Assembly (NCBI GenBank): GCA_048213135.1
Contig: PS015010.1
Location: forward strand, 372,001-436,000
Direction: 5' to 3'
DNA from: Reclinomonas americana ATCC 50394
Lineage: Eukaryota
Length of the DNA stretch: 64,000 nucleotides
How positions within the stretch are numbered: the stretch's first letter is position 1; every line of letters begins with the position of its first letter. Positions 21,140 to 31,335 of this stretch are shown piece after piece. The translations under genes were made by a program, and so were the position numbers. The notes beneath the pieces were generated by a model. It searched no databases, had not been told where the DNA came from, and saw nothing but the letters and a program-made list of their open reading frames with translations.

Positions 21140-22462
21140 ATGAAAGTAATGAAATTTGGCGGTACCAGTGTAGGCAAACCGCAGCGTATGCATGAAGTGG
21201 CGAAACTGATCACTAGGGATGAGGAGAAAAAGATCGTGGTATTGTCGGCCCTGAGCGGTACTACCAACGCACTGGTGGAGATCAGTAGCAGTATGGCGGC
21301 GGGTGACCGTAATGCTGCCAAGCAACAGATCGACACGCTGGAACAACATTACCGTAATTTTATTGGTGAACTGCTGAGCGACGAAGCGGCGCTGGACAAA
21401 GCCAAAGCCGTTATCGCCGAACATTTCGAATTCCTTACCATCATACTCCGCATTTCTTTCAGCGAAGCGCTGAACAAAGACATACTGGCGCAGGGCGAAT
21501 TGCTCAGCACCAAATTGTTCTCCATTTACCTGGGCCAGGAAAAGATAGACCACGTATTGCTGCCTGCCCTCGACTTTATGACCATTGACAGTTATGACGA
21601 ACCGCAGGTAGGTGCTATTAAAGTAAAGCTGTCGCAGTTGCTGCAGAAGAACAAAGACACGAATATATTTATCACACAGGGCTACATCAGCCGCAATGCC
21701 AAAGGCGAAGTGGACAACCTCAAACGTGGTGGCAGTGATTACAGCGCATCGCTGATTGCCGCGGCAGTGAATGCCAGCGTTTGTGAAATATGGACCGATA
21801 TCGACGGTATGCACAACAACGATCCCCGCGTGGTAAAGAAGACCGTGGCCATAGAACAGATGAGTTTTGAGGAAGCTGCCGAGCTCGCTTATTTCGGCGC
21901 CAAAATATTACACCCTGCCAGCATATGGCCGGCGCAATATTTCAATGTGCCCGTACGGCTGCTCAACACCATGCAACCCGAAGCCAAAGGAACGCTGATC
22001 GCGGAAAAAGCCAACAGTGTAGGGGTTAAAGCCGTAGCGGCGAAAGATGGCATTACCGCTATCAAGATCAAAAGCAGCCGCATGCTGCTGGCCTATGGTT
22101 TTTTAAGGAAGATATTTGAAGTGTTTGAAAAATACCGCACGTCCATAGATATGATCACCACTTCGGAAGTGGCGGTTTCCGTAACCATCGACAACGACAT
22201 CAACCTGCAGGATATCACCCGCGAGCTGGAACCTTTTGGTACGGTGGAAATAGATACCAACCAGAGCATCGTATCTATTGTGGGTAATGAGATCACCGAA
22301 ACACCTGAAGTGATGCGTAAGTTATTTGAATCCCTTTCTGCCATACCGGTACGTATGGTGAGCTATGGCGGCAGCCGGCACAATATTTCCCTGCTCATTC
22401 CCAGGAGTTATAAGGAAGAAACGCTGCAGTTGCTGAATAAGGGGTTGTTTGGACTGGAGTAA
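21140..22462 (+). CDS. lysC: Aspartate kinase (monofunctional, C-terminal ACT domains)
   Basis: KFGGTSV, RGGSDYSA, WTDIDG...DPR and ELAYFGAKILHP. Confidence 0.95.
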   Translation: MKVMKFGGTSVGKPQRMHEVAKLITRDEEKKIVVLSALSGTTNALVEISSSMAAGDRNAAKQQIDTLEQHYRNFIGELLSDEAALDKAKAVIAEHFEFLTIILRISFSEALNKDILAQGELLSTKLFSIYLGQEKIDHVLLPALDFMTIDSYDEPQVGAIKVKLSQLLQKNKDTNIFITQGYISRNAKGEVDNLKRGGSDYSASLIAAAVNASVCEIWTDIDGMHNNDPRVVKKTVAIEQMSFEEAAELAYFGAKILHPASIWPAQYFNVPVRLLNTMQPEAKGTLIAEKANSVGVKAVAAKDGITAIKIKSSRMLLAYGFLRKIFEVFEKYRTSIDMITTSEVAVSVTIDNDINLQDITRELEPFGTVEIDTNQSIVSIVGNEITETPEVMRKLFESLSAIPVRMVSYGGSRHNISLLIPRSYKEETLQLLNKGLFGLE

Positions 22463-22590
22463 TATTTGAAAATGTGACGATTTGAAGATTTAAAAACGAA
22501 AGTTGCCAGGGATGTATACAGTTACCTTTTATGGGTGATGTACAAACCTGCGCCAATTTTCACATTGGCACATCTTCAAATTTTCAAATT
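22463..22590. repeat. Inverted pair of TTTGAA(A/G)A-type octamer repeats (family B)
   Basis: atttgaaaatgtgacgatttgaagat ... cacattggcacatcttcaaattttcaaatt; related copies at 20981-21018 and 46270-46354. Confidence 0.7.
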
Positions 22591-23053
22591 ATAAGGCTAT
22601 CCCCATCTTCTTATAAATAAAACTCATCAGCCAGGCCGGGCCGATCATGAGGAACTGGAGGTCTTTAAGGAAAGAGGGTTTTTTGCCTTCTACCTTATGG
22701 CCATAGAACTGCCCGATCCAGGCGAGAACAAATACTATAACACATACCAGCCACAGCGGCGCCAGTCCCAATCGTTCAATATAATAACAAATGGCCAGGC
22801 ACAGCAGCCCGAAGAGCAGCATGCCGATCCATAAGGTCCGCGACAGTGAAAAATAATAGATCACGACCAGGGTCATTACGATCATGGCAACATTCACCGG
22901 AACTCCCGCCAGGGCAAAAGGCAGCTTAATGCTGTACAAAAGTCCCACTACGGAGAAGAAAATGGCGGGGACACATATCCAGTGGATGGTTTTGTTGGTG
23001 GCGTTCTGGTGGCTTTCACCATACTCAGACAACCATTGCTGAATGGATTTCAT
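22589..23053 (-). CDS. DUF962 / Mpo1-like membrane protein
   Basis: YGESHQNATNKTIHWICVP and QFYGHKVEGKKPSF motifs. Confidence 0.9.
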   Translation of the reverse strand: MKSIQQWLSEYGESHQNATNKTIHWICVPAIFFSVVGLLYSIKLPFALAGVPVNVAMIVMTLVVIYYFSLSRTLWIGMLLFGLLCLAICYYIERLGLAPLWLVCVIVFVLAWIGQFYGHKVEGKKPSFLKDLQFLMIGPAWLMSFIYKKMGIAL

Positions 23054-23105
23054 AACAAGCGTTTTCCTTCCTTAAAGTTAATTAAAAACTTAATTAACAA
23101 TCTGT

Positions 23106-23136
23106 TTGCAACTAAATCCTGTTCTCCGACGTCTTA
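23106..23136 (+). promoter_or_regulatory. ECF-type promoter TTGCAAC-N17-CGTCTTA
   Basis: Matches TTGCAGC-N17-CGTCTTA at 44188-44218. It ends just before the repeated sRNA-like unit. Confidence 0.55.
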
Positions 23137-23138
23137 TA

Positions 23139-23199
23139 ATTGGTTTTTCATAGGATATTGGATTAGAACGGGGCAGGATTTCCATCCAGCCCCTTTTTT
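23139..23199 (+). ncRNA. Candidate small RNA, copy 1
   Basis: 25-nt block ATTGGTTTTTCATAGGATATTGGAT, then hairpin GGGGCAGGAT-ttcc-ATCCAGCCCC and T6. Confidence 0.55.
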
Positions 23200-23242
23200 A
23201 TGCCCCTATAAATCCGGGTCTTGCATTTTCCCGTACATAATT

Positions 23243-23304
23243 ATTGGTTTTTCATAGGATATTGGATAAATACGGGGCAGGATATCTATCCGGCCCCTCA
23301 CTTT
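23243..23304 (+). ncRNA. Candidate small RNA, copy 2
   Basis: Identical 25-nt block, then hairpin GGGGCAGGAT-atct-ATCCGGCCCC and tcacttt. Confidence 0.5.
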
Positions 23305-23328
23305 CAGGCTTTTGTGACAATGTTTGAA

Positions 23329-23370
23329 TACAGAAAAAGGGCTTCCTGTACGGGAAGCCCTTTTTCTGTA
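23329..23370. terminator. Bidirectional-type terminator downstream of queA
   Basis: TACAGAAAAAGGGCTTCC-tgtacg-GGAAGCCCTTTTTCTGTA. Confidence 0.85.
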
Positions 23371-23383
23371 TAAAGTGAAAATG

Positions 23384-24433
23384 TTATACGATCAGCATGG
23401 CGTCGCCATAACTGAAGAAACGGTATTTGTCTTTTATTGCTTTTTTATAAGCTTCCATCATCAGGTCATAACCGGCAAAAGCGCAGGCCATGATCAGCAG
23501 GCTGGTTTTGGGCAGGTGAAAATTGGTTACCAGCGCATCAGCGATGTTAAAATTATAAGGCGGGTGGATGAAGTGATTCGTCCAGCCTTCGGAAGGTTTG
23601 AGCATTTTTTGTGCGGTAAACGAAGATTCCATAGCCCGCATGGTAGTGGTGCCGATGGAACAGATGCGGTGACCGCCTTCTTTCGCTTTGTTCACGATCT
23701 TACAGGCAGCTTCCTCGATGCGGTAGTATTCAGCATCCATTTTATGTTTACTGAGGTCCTCCACTTCAATGGGCCTGAAAGTACCCAGGCCGGTGTGCAG
23801 GGTGGCTTCCGCGAAACGGATGCCTTTGATCTCAAGTCTTTTGATCAGTTCCTTACTGAAATGCAGACCGGCAGTAGGAGCCGCCACAGCGCCTTCGTGT
23901 TTGGCGTATACTGTTTGGTAACGTTCTTTGTCGTCTTCTTCAGGCTTACGCTTGATGTATTTGGGCAGCGGCGTTTCTCCCATGAAGTCCAGCATCTGGC
24001 GGAACTCTTCTTCGGTTCCGTCCCACAGGAAACGGATGGTACGACCACGGCTGGTGGTATTATCGATCACTTCGGCTACCAGTTCGTCACTTTCACCGAA
24101 ATAGAGTTTGTTGCCCACGCGGATCTTACGGGCGGGGTCAACGATAACGTCCCAGAGTTTATTGGCTTTATTGAGTTCCCTTAACAGGAATACTTCAATT
24201 TTAGCGCCGGTCTTTTCCTTGCGGCCGTACATACGGGCAGGAAATACCTTGGTGTTGTTCACAACAAAAACATCTTTGTCGTCGAAGTATTCAATGATGT
24301 CTTTAAAATACCTGTTCTCGATCTGCCCGGTAGCACGGTGAACCACCATCATGCGGCTGTCTTCGCGTTTTTTGGTAGGATGCTGTGCAATGAGGTTAAG
24401 CGGGAGATCAAAACGGAATTGGGATAATTTCAT
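23384..24433 (-). CDS. queA: S-adenosylmethionine:tRNA ribosyltransferase-isomerase
   Basis: [24 protein letters not shown] and [12 protein letters not shown]. Confidence 0.97.
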   Translation of the reverse strand: MKLSQFRFDLPLNLIAQHPTKKREDSRMMVVHRATGQIENRYFKDIIEYFDDKDVFVVNNTKVFPARMYGRKEKTGAKIEVFLLRELNKANKLWDVIVDPARKIRVGNKLYFGESDELVAEVIDNTTSRGRTIRFLWDGTEEEFRQMLDFMGETPLPKYIKRKPEEDDKERYQTVYAKHEGAVAAPTAGLHFSKELIKRLEIKGIRFAEATLHTGLGTFRPIEVEDLSKHKMDAEYYRIEEAACKIVNKAKEGGHRICSIGTTTMRAMESSFTAQKMLKPSEGWTNHFIHPPYNFNIADALVTNFHLPKTSLLIMACAFAGYDLMMEAYKKAIKDKYRFFSYGDAMLIV

Positions 24434-24692
24434 GCAACAAATTTTGTTTTACAATGACTGTTACATGCCTTGTACTGTAGGTTTTACAGAGATCTGTTCC
24501 CGGGAGGTCCGGGACATTTATCATGTTACGGCATGATTTAAAGTGGGCAAAGGTACGATATTTTAAGCATTGCACCACACAGATATGTCGTTTTTTTAAT
24601 ACAAAAAAGAATTCGTTAAAGCTGGTACCGTAATTTTGTGCTTCAGCCACTTCTGCTCAACTTTATGGAAAGCCCTGTCAATATCAGCCATT

Positions 24693-27600
24693 ATGTCTAA
24701 AAGAACCTGCATCTTCCTGGTCGTCCTGTTGTTTTCCCTCCCCGTTCTTGCGCAACCCGGAAAGGCGCCGCAAAAATACCCCAGCCTGTTTTGGGAGATA
24801 ACCGGTAATGGCCTCAGCCGTCCTTCCTACCTGTTTGGAACCATGCACGTGAGCAATAAAATGGTGTTCCACCTGAGCGATTCGTTTTACCTGGCACTGA
24901 AAAGTGTGGATGCGGTAGCCCTGGAACTGAACCCCGAAGTATGGCAGGGGCAAATGGTGGATATGAACCTGGTGAAACAGAATTACAGCACCTACACCCA
25001 GGCGCCGCGTGGAGATTACCTTACGGAGAATTCTTTCCGCATCAATAAATTCAGCAACGAACTCAAACAGGCCATGAGCAGCGAACCCGCCATGGTGAAC
25101 AGCCTGCTGTACCGGAGCTATAAATCCAGGGAAGATTTTGAGGAAGACACTTTCCTGGACCTGTACATTTACCAGACCGGCAAAAAACTGGGCAAAAGAG
25201 GCGCGGGTGTGGAAGATTATTTCGAATCGGAAAAACTGGTGATGGAAGCCTATGCAGATATGGCCAGGGAAAAGAAAAAGAAATCGCTTGACCTGGATGT
25301 GGAGTCGATGTACAATATATCTGAAAAAACACAGGAGGCTTACCGCAGGGGCGATCTCGATCTGCTGGATTCCCTGAACCGCCTCATGGACCGCTCCGAT
25401 GCCTTCACCGAAAAATTCCTGTACAAACGCAACGAGATACAGGCTTATTCGATGGATACCATCATGAAAAAAAGTTCACTCTTTGTGGGTGTGGGTGCTG
25501 CTCACCTGCCCGGGAAAAGAGGTGTGATCGAAATACTGAGGAATATGGGCTATCACCTCCGCCCGATATTCATGAACGACCGCGACGCGGAACAGAAAGA
25601 AGAAGTCGATAAAAGAAAAGTACCCGTGTCTTTCAGCACCCGCCGCTCTGAAGACGGGTTTTATACCGTGGATATGCCCGGGCCGCTTTATAATATTTCC
25701 GATGATTCCCGCCGCATGGAACGCCGCCAGTATTCAGATATGAGCAACGGGTCTTATTACGTGGTGACCAGGGTAAAGACTTACTCGGCCTTCCTGGGCC
25801 AGCCCGATACGGAAGTGATGAAGCAGGTGGACAGTGTATTGTATGAAAACATTCCCGGAAAAATATTGTCTAAAAAAGCGATTACCCGTAACGGTTACAG
25901 CGGGTACGACATCAGCAACCGCACCCGCCGGGGCGATTTGCAGCGGTACAATATTTTTGTTACTCCTTTTGAGATACTCATTTTTAAAATGAGCGGAAAG
26001 GAAAATTATGTGGATGGAAAGGAGGGAGAACAATTCTTCTCTTCCATACAATTCCGCGAAGCCGCCAGTACCGGGAATATATTTGAACCGGCACAGGGAG
26101 GTTTCAGCATACGGTTTCCGCAGACACCGTCGGTGTATTTTAATGAGAATGTTGCCGATGGTATCGACAGGTGGGAATACAATGCCAATGATCCTGTCAC
26201 CGGCGATGCCTGTCTTGTGTTTAAGAAGTCAGTCAATAATTTCCGTTTCATCGACGAAGACAGTTTCGACCTGCGTTTGATAGAAGAGTCATTCCGTTCG
26301 CCCGATTTCTTCGACAAACAGCAAAGCCGTTCCTACAGCACCGTTGGAGGGTATCCGGCACTTACGGTTAAGGAAAAGATGAAGGACGGCAGTATTGTCA
26401 ATGCCCGTTACATCATAAAAGGCCCCGATTATTATGTACTCGCAGTTCGCAGTAAAAATAAAAAATCGGACCCCCAATCCTTCTTCAACTCTTTTCATTT
26501 TACACCTTATCGTTATCCCGAAGCCCGGAATTTTACCGATACATTTTTCCGTTTTTCCGTAATCACCCCTGTGGCGCCGGTGCTCGACGCATCTTACCGG
26601 GCACAGGTAGAGAAAACCGCCGCCGACCTGGCTGCCAGCGCAACCGGCAGTAATTCTTTCTGGCCGAAAGCGGGCAACGCCCTGTTCAAAAGTGATTCCA
26701 CAGGTGAGATGGTCGGACTGAGCGTACAGGAATATCCCAAATACTATTACCCGAAAGACAACACACAATTTTGGGTAGATGATATACGCAAGGCTTATGA
26801 ACGTACTGACATGACCCTGTGGAAATCAGATTCCGTGAAAGCAGGTACGGTAATGGCTTATCGTTTCGTACTCCGGGACACCGGCTCTTCCCGCACCATT
26901 ACCCGCATGGTAGCCATGAAAGGCAAATACACCTACAGCATGGTGTGCATGGGAGATACCCTGTCGGCAGGCAGCGATTTTATCAGCCGTTTCTTTAACA
27001 GCTTTCAGCCCGTGGTGAGCAATACTTCAGGTATTTATGATAATAAACCGGAAGATTTCTTTAGCGACCTGTTCAGTAAAGACAGCGCCATACACGCCAA
27101 AGCGCAGCAGAGTATCACCAGCATCAATTACGGTGAAAGAGGCGTGCAACTGCTCATAGACGCCATCGGCAAACTGAACCGTTCCGATAAGGACTATTTC
27201 GATACCAAAACAAAACTGATCGCTGAACTGGGTTATATCCGCGATACCACCAAACCGGTAGTGACCGAAGCGTTGCGTAACATTTACCGCCAGGCGATGG
27301 ACACCAGTCTTTTTCAGAATGAAGTGTTCCTCGCTTTGTCAAAACATAAAACGGCATCGTCCTATGCTTTGCTGAAAGAATTGCTGGTGCAGGACCCGCC
27401 TGTATTTGACAACAGTTACACATATGGCACGCTGTTCAGTTACCTCGATGATTCGCTGGCGCTGGCCAAACAAATGTTCCCGGAAATATTACAACTGTCT
27501 TCACTCAATGATTATAAAGACAGGGTGACCGACCTGCTGGTGAAACTGGTGGACAGCGGTATGCTGAAAGCCGCCGATTATGAAACCCACTATCCGAGGA

Positions 27601-28379
27601 TATATTTCGACGCGAAGATTGAACTGAAAAAGCAAAGAGGAAAGGATGAAAAAAGAATGGAAAAAGAAAGCCGACAGGATGATGACAACAATGCGCTGAT
27701 CTCCTCTGGCATACGCTATATAGGCTCAGGTTCGGGCAGGAGCGACCTGGATGAGTACAGCATATTACTGCTGCCGTTTTACGACAGCAATCCCAATGTG
27801 CCATTGTTCTTCAGCCGTTTGCTGCAATCGAATGACCCGGCTGTGCGTATGAACGCGGCCGTATTGCTTACGAAAGCCGGCAAGCCTGTTGACGACAGCC
27901 TGTTTACCCGTATTGCCGCCGATGATAAATACCGCGGTAAGCTGTACAGCAAGCTGGAAAAGATCAACCGCACCGATCGTTTTCCTGCCCGGTACCGCAA
28001 CCAGGCCGATATGGCCCGCAGCCTTATGATCGGCAGCCGGAGCTATGATAAAGTGGATTCCATTTCACTCATCAGCAAACAGCCGGCATCTTACAACCAC
28101 AAACAGGGCTTTGTTTATTTCTTCAAATACAGGGTCAGGAAAGACGACGACTGGAAGATCGGCATCAGTGGTTTACAACCTAAAGATGAAAAGCAGGTGA
28201 GCAGTGATGATAAACTCGTTCTGCTGACAGATAAAAAGATCAAAACCGATCAGCCGCTCGATGAACAGCTGCAGGAGCACCTGAAGAAACTGTTATTCGG
28301 CCTGCATAAAAGCGGCAGGAATTTCTATGGTCAGAATGACTACAGCAGGATGCTGCGTACCAATGAGTACAATAATTAG
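24693..28379 (+). CDS. TraB/GumN (Tiki-like) domain protein with ~900-aa C-terminal extension
   Basis: Signal peptide; SYLFGTMH, RN and VGVGAAHLPG...GY motifs in the first ~300 aa. Start set at ATG 24693. Confidence 0.85.
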   Translation: MSKRTCIFLVVLLFSLPVLAQPGKAPQKYPSLFWEITGNGLSRPSYLFGTMHVSNKMVFHLSDSFYLALKSVDAVALELNPEVWQGQMVDMNLVKQNYSTYTQAPRGDYLTENSFRINKFSNELKQAMSSEPAMVNSLLYRSYKSREDFEEDTFLDLYIYQTGKKLGKRGAGVEDYFESEKLVMEAYADMAREKKKKSLDLDVESMYNISEKTQEAYRRGDLDLLDSLNRLMDRSDAFTEKFLYKRNEIQAYSMDTIMKKSSLFVGVGAAHLPGKRGVIEILRNMGYHLRPIFMNDRDAEQKEEVDKRKVPVSFSTRRSEDGFYTVDMPGPLYNISDDSRRMERRQYSDMSNGSYYVVTRVKTYSAFLGQPDTEVMKQVDSVLYENIPGKILSKKAITRNGYSGYDISNRTRRGDLQRYNIFVTPFEILIFKMSGKENYVDGKEGEQFFSSIQFREAASTGNIFEPAQGGFSIRFPQTPSVYFNENVADGIDRWEYNANDPVTGDACLVFKKSVNNFRFIDEDSFDLRLIEESFRSPDFFDKQQSRSYSTVGGYPALTVKEKMKDGSIVNARYIIKGPDYYVLAVRSKNKKSDPQSFFNSFHFTPYRYPEARNFTDTFFRFSVITPVAPVLDASYRAQVEKTAADLAASATGSNSFWPKAGNALFKSDSTGEMVGLSVQEYPKYYYPKDNTQFWVDDIRKAYERTDMTLWKSDSVKAGTVMAYRFVLRDTGSSRTITRMVAMKGKYTYSMVCMGDTLSAGSDFISRFFNSFQPVVSNTSGIYDNKPEDFFSDLFSKDSAIHAKAQQSITSINYGERGVQLLIDAIGKLNRSDKDYFDTKTKLIAELGYIRDTTKPVVTEALRNIYRQAMDTSLFQNEVFLALSKHKTASSYALLKELLVQDPPVFDNSYTYGTLFSYLDDSLALAKQMFPEILQLSSLNDYKDRVTDLLVKLVDSGMLKAADYETHYPRIYFDAKIELKKQRGKDEKRMEKESRQDDDNNALISSGIRYIGSGSGRSDLDEYSILLLPFYDSNPNVPLFFSRLLQSNDPAVRMNAAVLLTKAGKPVDDSLFTRIAADDKYRGKLYSKLEKINRTDRFPARYRNQADMARSLMIGSRSYDKVDSISLISKQPASYNHKQGFVYFFKYRVRKDDDWKIGISGLQPKDEKQVSSDDKLVLLTDKKIKTDQPLDEQLQEHLKKLLFGLHKSGRNFYGQNDYSRMLRTNEYNN

Positions 28380-28391
28380 AGCTGTTTTTTA

Positions 28392-30083
28392 TCAGGAGGC
28401 CAGTGAACGGCCGGGTATGGCGTCGATGAGTGTTTTCGTGTAGGCGTTAACGGGATGGTGGTATACCTGTTCCGCGTCGCCTTCTTCAATGATTTTTCCC
28501 TTATGCATCACCATGATGCGGTTGCAGAGATAATGCACCACCGACAGGTCGTGTGAAATAAATACAGCGGTAAAACCAAATTCCGCTTTCAGGTCGTTCA
28601 GCAGGTTCAGCACCTGGGCCTGTACACTTACATCGAGGGCTGAAACACTTTCATCAAATACCAGGAAAGAAGGATGCAGGGCAAGTGCACGGGCTATGCA
28701 GATACGCTGGCGTTGCCCGCCGCTGAACTGGTGCGGATAGCGATGGTAATGATCGGCTTGCAGGTTTACTTTTTCTAAAAGGTCGGCTACTTTTTCCCTG
28801 CGGACTTTATCGTTAGCCAGCAACCCGTGCACTTTCATCGGTTCCAGTATGGCTTCACCGATGCTGATCCTGGGATTGAGCGAACCATAAGGATCCTGGA
28901 AAACGATCTGCAGGTCTTTGCGCATATCGCGGAGTGTGGCCGCTTTTATCCCGCTGATGTCTTTTCCATTCAATAAAATCTGCCCGGAAGTGACCGGTAC
29001 CAGGCGCAACAATGCCCTGCCCAGTGTAGTTTTGCCGCAACCGCTTTCACCCACCAATCCAACGATCTCACCTGTGTTCACTGTAAAGTTTATACCATCC
29101 ACCGCTTTGAAAAAAGAAACAGGCTTGCCGAACATATCCTTTCTCTCAGGAAAATGTACATGCAGGTCTTTTATATCGAGCAGCACATTTGATTGCGCCG
29201 CCGGGGCAGTATCCTTTTTTTGAATGATCTCTTCTTTAGCTGGAGGCGATAAAAAATCGCTCACTACCGGCAATCGTTCTCCTTTACTATGGAGTGCAGG
29301 CCGGCAGGCGAGGAGCGCTTTTGTATAAGGATGCTGCGGGTTGAACAGCAATTCCCTGGCAGGGCCCTGTTCCACGATAGCACCCCTGTACATCACGGCT
29401 ACCTGGTCCGCGGTATCTGCCACCAGGCCCAGGTCGTGGGTAATGAGGATGATGCTCATGCCGTTCTGCTGTTGTAAAGAACGCAACAGGGAAAGTATAT
29501 TTTTCTGAACGGTAACGTCCAGTGCCGTAGTGGGTTCGTCGGCAATGAGTATATCCGGATCGCAGCTCATGGCCATGGCGATCATCACCCTTTGTTTTTG
29601 TCCGCCGCTTAACTGGTGCGGGTGCCGGTCAATGATATTCCCGGGATTGGGCAGCTGTACCTGTGTAAATAATTCCACGGCTTTTTTCCGGGCTTCGGCT
29701 TTAGACATTTTTTTGTGCTGCCGCAGCGACTCCATTACCTGTTGTCCGCAGGTGAATACCGGGTTCAGCGAGGTCATGGGTTCCTGGAAGATCATGGCAA
29801 TGCGGTTGCCGCGTATCCTATTCATCTGCTTCGCTTGCAATTGAAGCAGGTTGGTTTCCACGTTATCGTTATGGTACATGATACTGCCGGAGGTTTGCGC
29901 TTTCGGTGGCAGCAGTTGCAGTACCGACAGGGCGGTAACCGATTTGCCGGAGCCGCTCTCGCCAACAATGGCCAGCGTTTCACCCCGGTTAAGCGTAAAT
30001 GAAATGTGATGCACCACCTGTTGCGGGCCATCGCCTGAAGGAAAGCTTATGCACAGGTCGCGTATGTCGAGCAGCGGCTGCAT
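28392..30083 (-). CDS. ABC transporter ATP-binding protein, fused DppD/DppF type
   Basis: Two NBDs: [16 protein letters not shown] and [16 protein letters not shown]. Confidence 0.95.
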   Translation of the reverse strand: MQPLLDIRDLCISFPSGDGPQQVVHHISFTLNRGETLAIVGESGSGKSVTALSVLQLLPPKAQTSGSIMYHNDNVETNLLQLQAKQMNRIRGNRIAMIFQEPMTSLNPVFTCGQQVMESLRQHKKMSKAEARKKAVELFTQVQLPNPGNIIDRHPHQLSGGQKQRVMIAMAMSCDPDILIADEPTTALDVTVQKNILSLLRSLQQQNGMSIILITHDLGLVADTADQVAVMYRGAIVEQGPARELLFNPQHPYTKALLACRPALHSKGERLPVVSDFLSPPAKEEIIQKKDTAPAAQSNVLLDIKDLHVHFPERKDMFGKPVSFFKAVDGINFTVNTGEIVGLVGESGCGKTTLGRALLRLVPVTSGQILLNGKDISGIKAATLRDMRKDLQIVFQDPYGSLNPRISIGEAILEPMKVHGLLANDKVRREKVADLLEKVNLQADHYHRYPHQFSGGQRQRICIARALALHPSFLVFDESVSALDVSVQAQVLNLLNDLKAEFGFTAVFISHDLSVVHYLCNRIMVMHKGKIIEEGDAEQVYHHPVNAYTKTLIDAIPGRSLAS

Positions 30084-30466
30084 CAGGGTTTTACCACTTT
30101 AAAAGGCAGGCTGCGTGGCGGTTTGGGATAGTAGGCCATGCACACGATGCAGTCCCTGCTGAGCGCCGTGTCAATCCGGAAATAAAATTCATCGCCCTGT
30201 TTCAGTGTATCGGGCAACTCGCAGGTATTGGCGGAAGCGAAAACATTTTTATAGACTTTACCTGTTACGCCGTCGGTCCATTCGGAAACGATCTTCGATG
30301 TGTCGATCTTTCCTTCCAGCAGCGTGAAAGTATAGTTGGAGCAGATGCCCTTGATCTCCAGCCGGGCTTTGTACACTTTTTTATCAGCGGAGGTTTTACC
30401 ACCGGTGCAATTGTCTGCCGAAACGGTCAGCAGGAACAGGGAGCCCAGGATGAGGATCAGTTTCAT
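30083..30466 (-). CDS. Hypothetical exported protein / lipoprotein
   Basis: 127 aa with a hydrophobic N-terminus ending ADNC and a CIVC motif; stop overlaps the ABC gene start. Confidence 0.7.
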   Translation of the reverse strand: MKLILILGSLFLLTVSADNCTGGKTSADKKVYKARLEIKGICSNYTFTLLEGKIDTSKIVSEWTDGVTGKVYKNVFASANTCELPDTLKQGDEFYFRIDTALSRDCIVCMAYYPKPPRSLPFKVVKP

Positions 30467-30483
30467 AACGGAAGATTTTTTAT

Positions 30484-31254
30484 TTAAAACTTCAAATGCC
30501 GTACCGTAAGTCCGTCATTGATGAGTTGTTTTAAAGAATCTATCCCAATCTTCAGGTGACGGTTCACAAATTCGGCGGTTACTTTCTTATCGCTTTCCTC
30601 GGTCTTCACGCCTTCGGGTATCATGGGGCTGTCGCTCACGAGCAAGAGGGCGCCGGTGGGTATCTTATTATAAAAACCCACAGAGAAGATGGTGGCAGTT
30701 TCCATATCAATGGCATAAGCCCTCACCTGTTCCAGCATATTCTTGAACTCTTCATCGTGCTCCCATACGCGGCGGTTGGTGGTGTACACCGTGCCTGTCC
30801 AGTAATCCGTTTCATAATCGCGGATGGTGGTGGAGATGGCTTTCTGCAACGCGAACGCCGGCAACGCGGGAACGATGGGCGGGAAGTAGTCATTGCTGGT
30901 ACCTTCGCCTCGCATGGCCGCGATGGGCAGTATCAGATCGCCGATATGATGCCTTTTTTTAAGACCGCCGCATTTACCCAGGAAGAGCACGGCTTTGGGT
31001 TCAATGGCGCTGAGCAGGTCCATTATGGTGGCGGCACCCGGGCTGCCCATGCCGAAGTTGATGATGGTAATGTTTTCGGCGGTGGCGCACTGCATGGGCC
31101 TGTCGCGGCCAATCACCTGAACATTGTTCCACCCCGCGAAGAGTTCCACGTAATTGCTGAAATTGGTCAGTAAGATGTACTCCCCGAATTCACTGATCGC
31201 CTGCCCCGTGTAGCGCGGAAGCCAGTTATTGACGATGTCCTTTTTTGTCTTCAT
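30484..31254 (-). CDS. amn: AMP nucleosidase (Bacteroidota type)
   Basis: NWLPRYTG, ILLTNF, FLGKCGGL, RGEGTS and DMETAT. Start MKTKKDIV at 31254. Confidence 0.92.
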   Translation of the reverse strand: MKTKKDIVNNWLPRYTGQAISEFGEYILLTNFSNYVELFAGWNNVQVIGRDRPMQCATAENITIINFGMGSPGAATIMDLLSAIEPKAVLFLGKCGGLKKRHHIGDLILPIAAMRGEGTSNDYFPPIVPALPAFALQKAISTTIRDYETDYWTGTVYTTNRRVWEHDEEFKNMLEQVRAYAIDMETATIFSVGFYNKIPTGALLLVSDSPMIPEGVKTEESDKKVTAEFVNRHLKIGIDSLKQLINDGLTVRHLKF

Positions 31255-31335
31255 AACCTGATTTATTCGTTTATTTGCCTGTTGTACAGGATTTTTGATA
31301 ATCTCTAAAAGTACAACAATTTTATTTGTCTGCCG

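Noticed and set aside
23139-23304. Two-repeat mini-CRISPR or type I toxin ORFs
   Set aside because: Only two units, each ending in a terminator-like hairpin. The minus-strand ATGs give 4-5-aa peptides, and the overlapping 91-aa plus ORF has no coding character.
24693-28379. TraB as a conjugation gene
   Set aside because: The motifs are of the TraB/GumN/Tiki protease family; no T4SS, relaxase or integrase is present.
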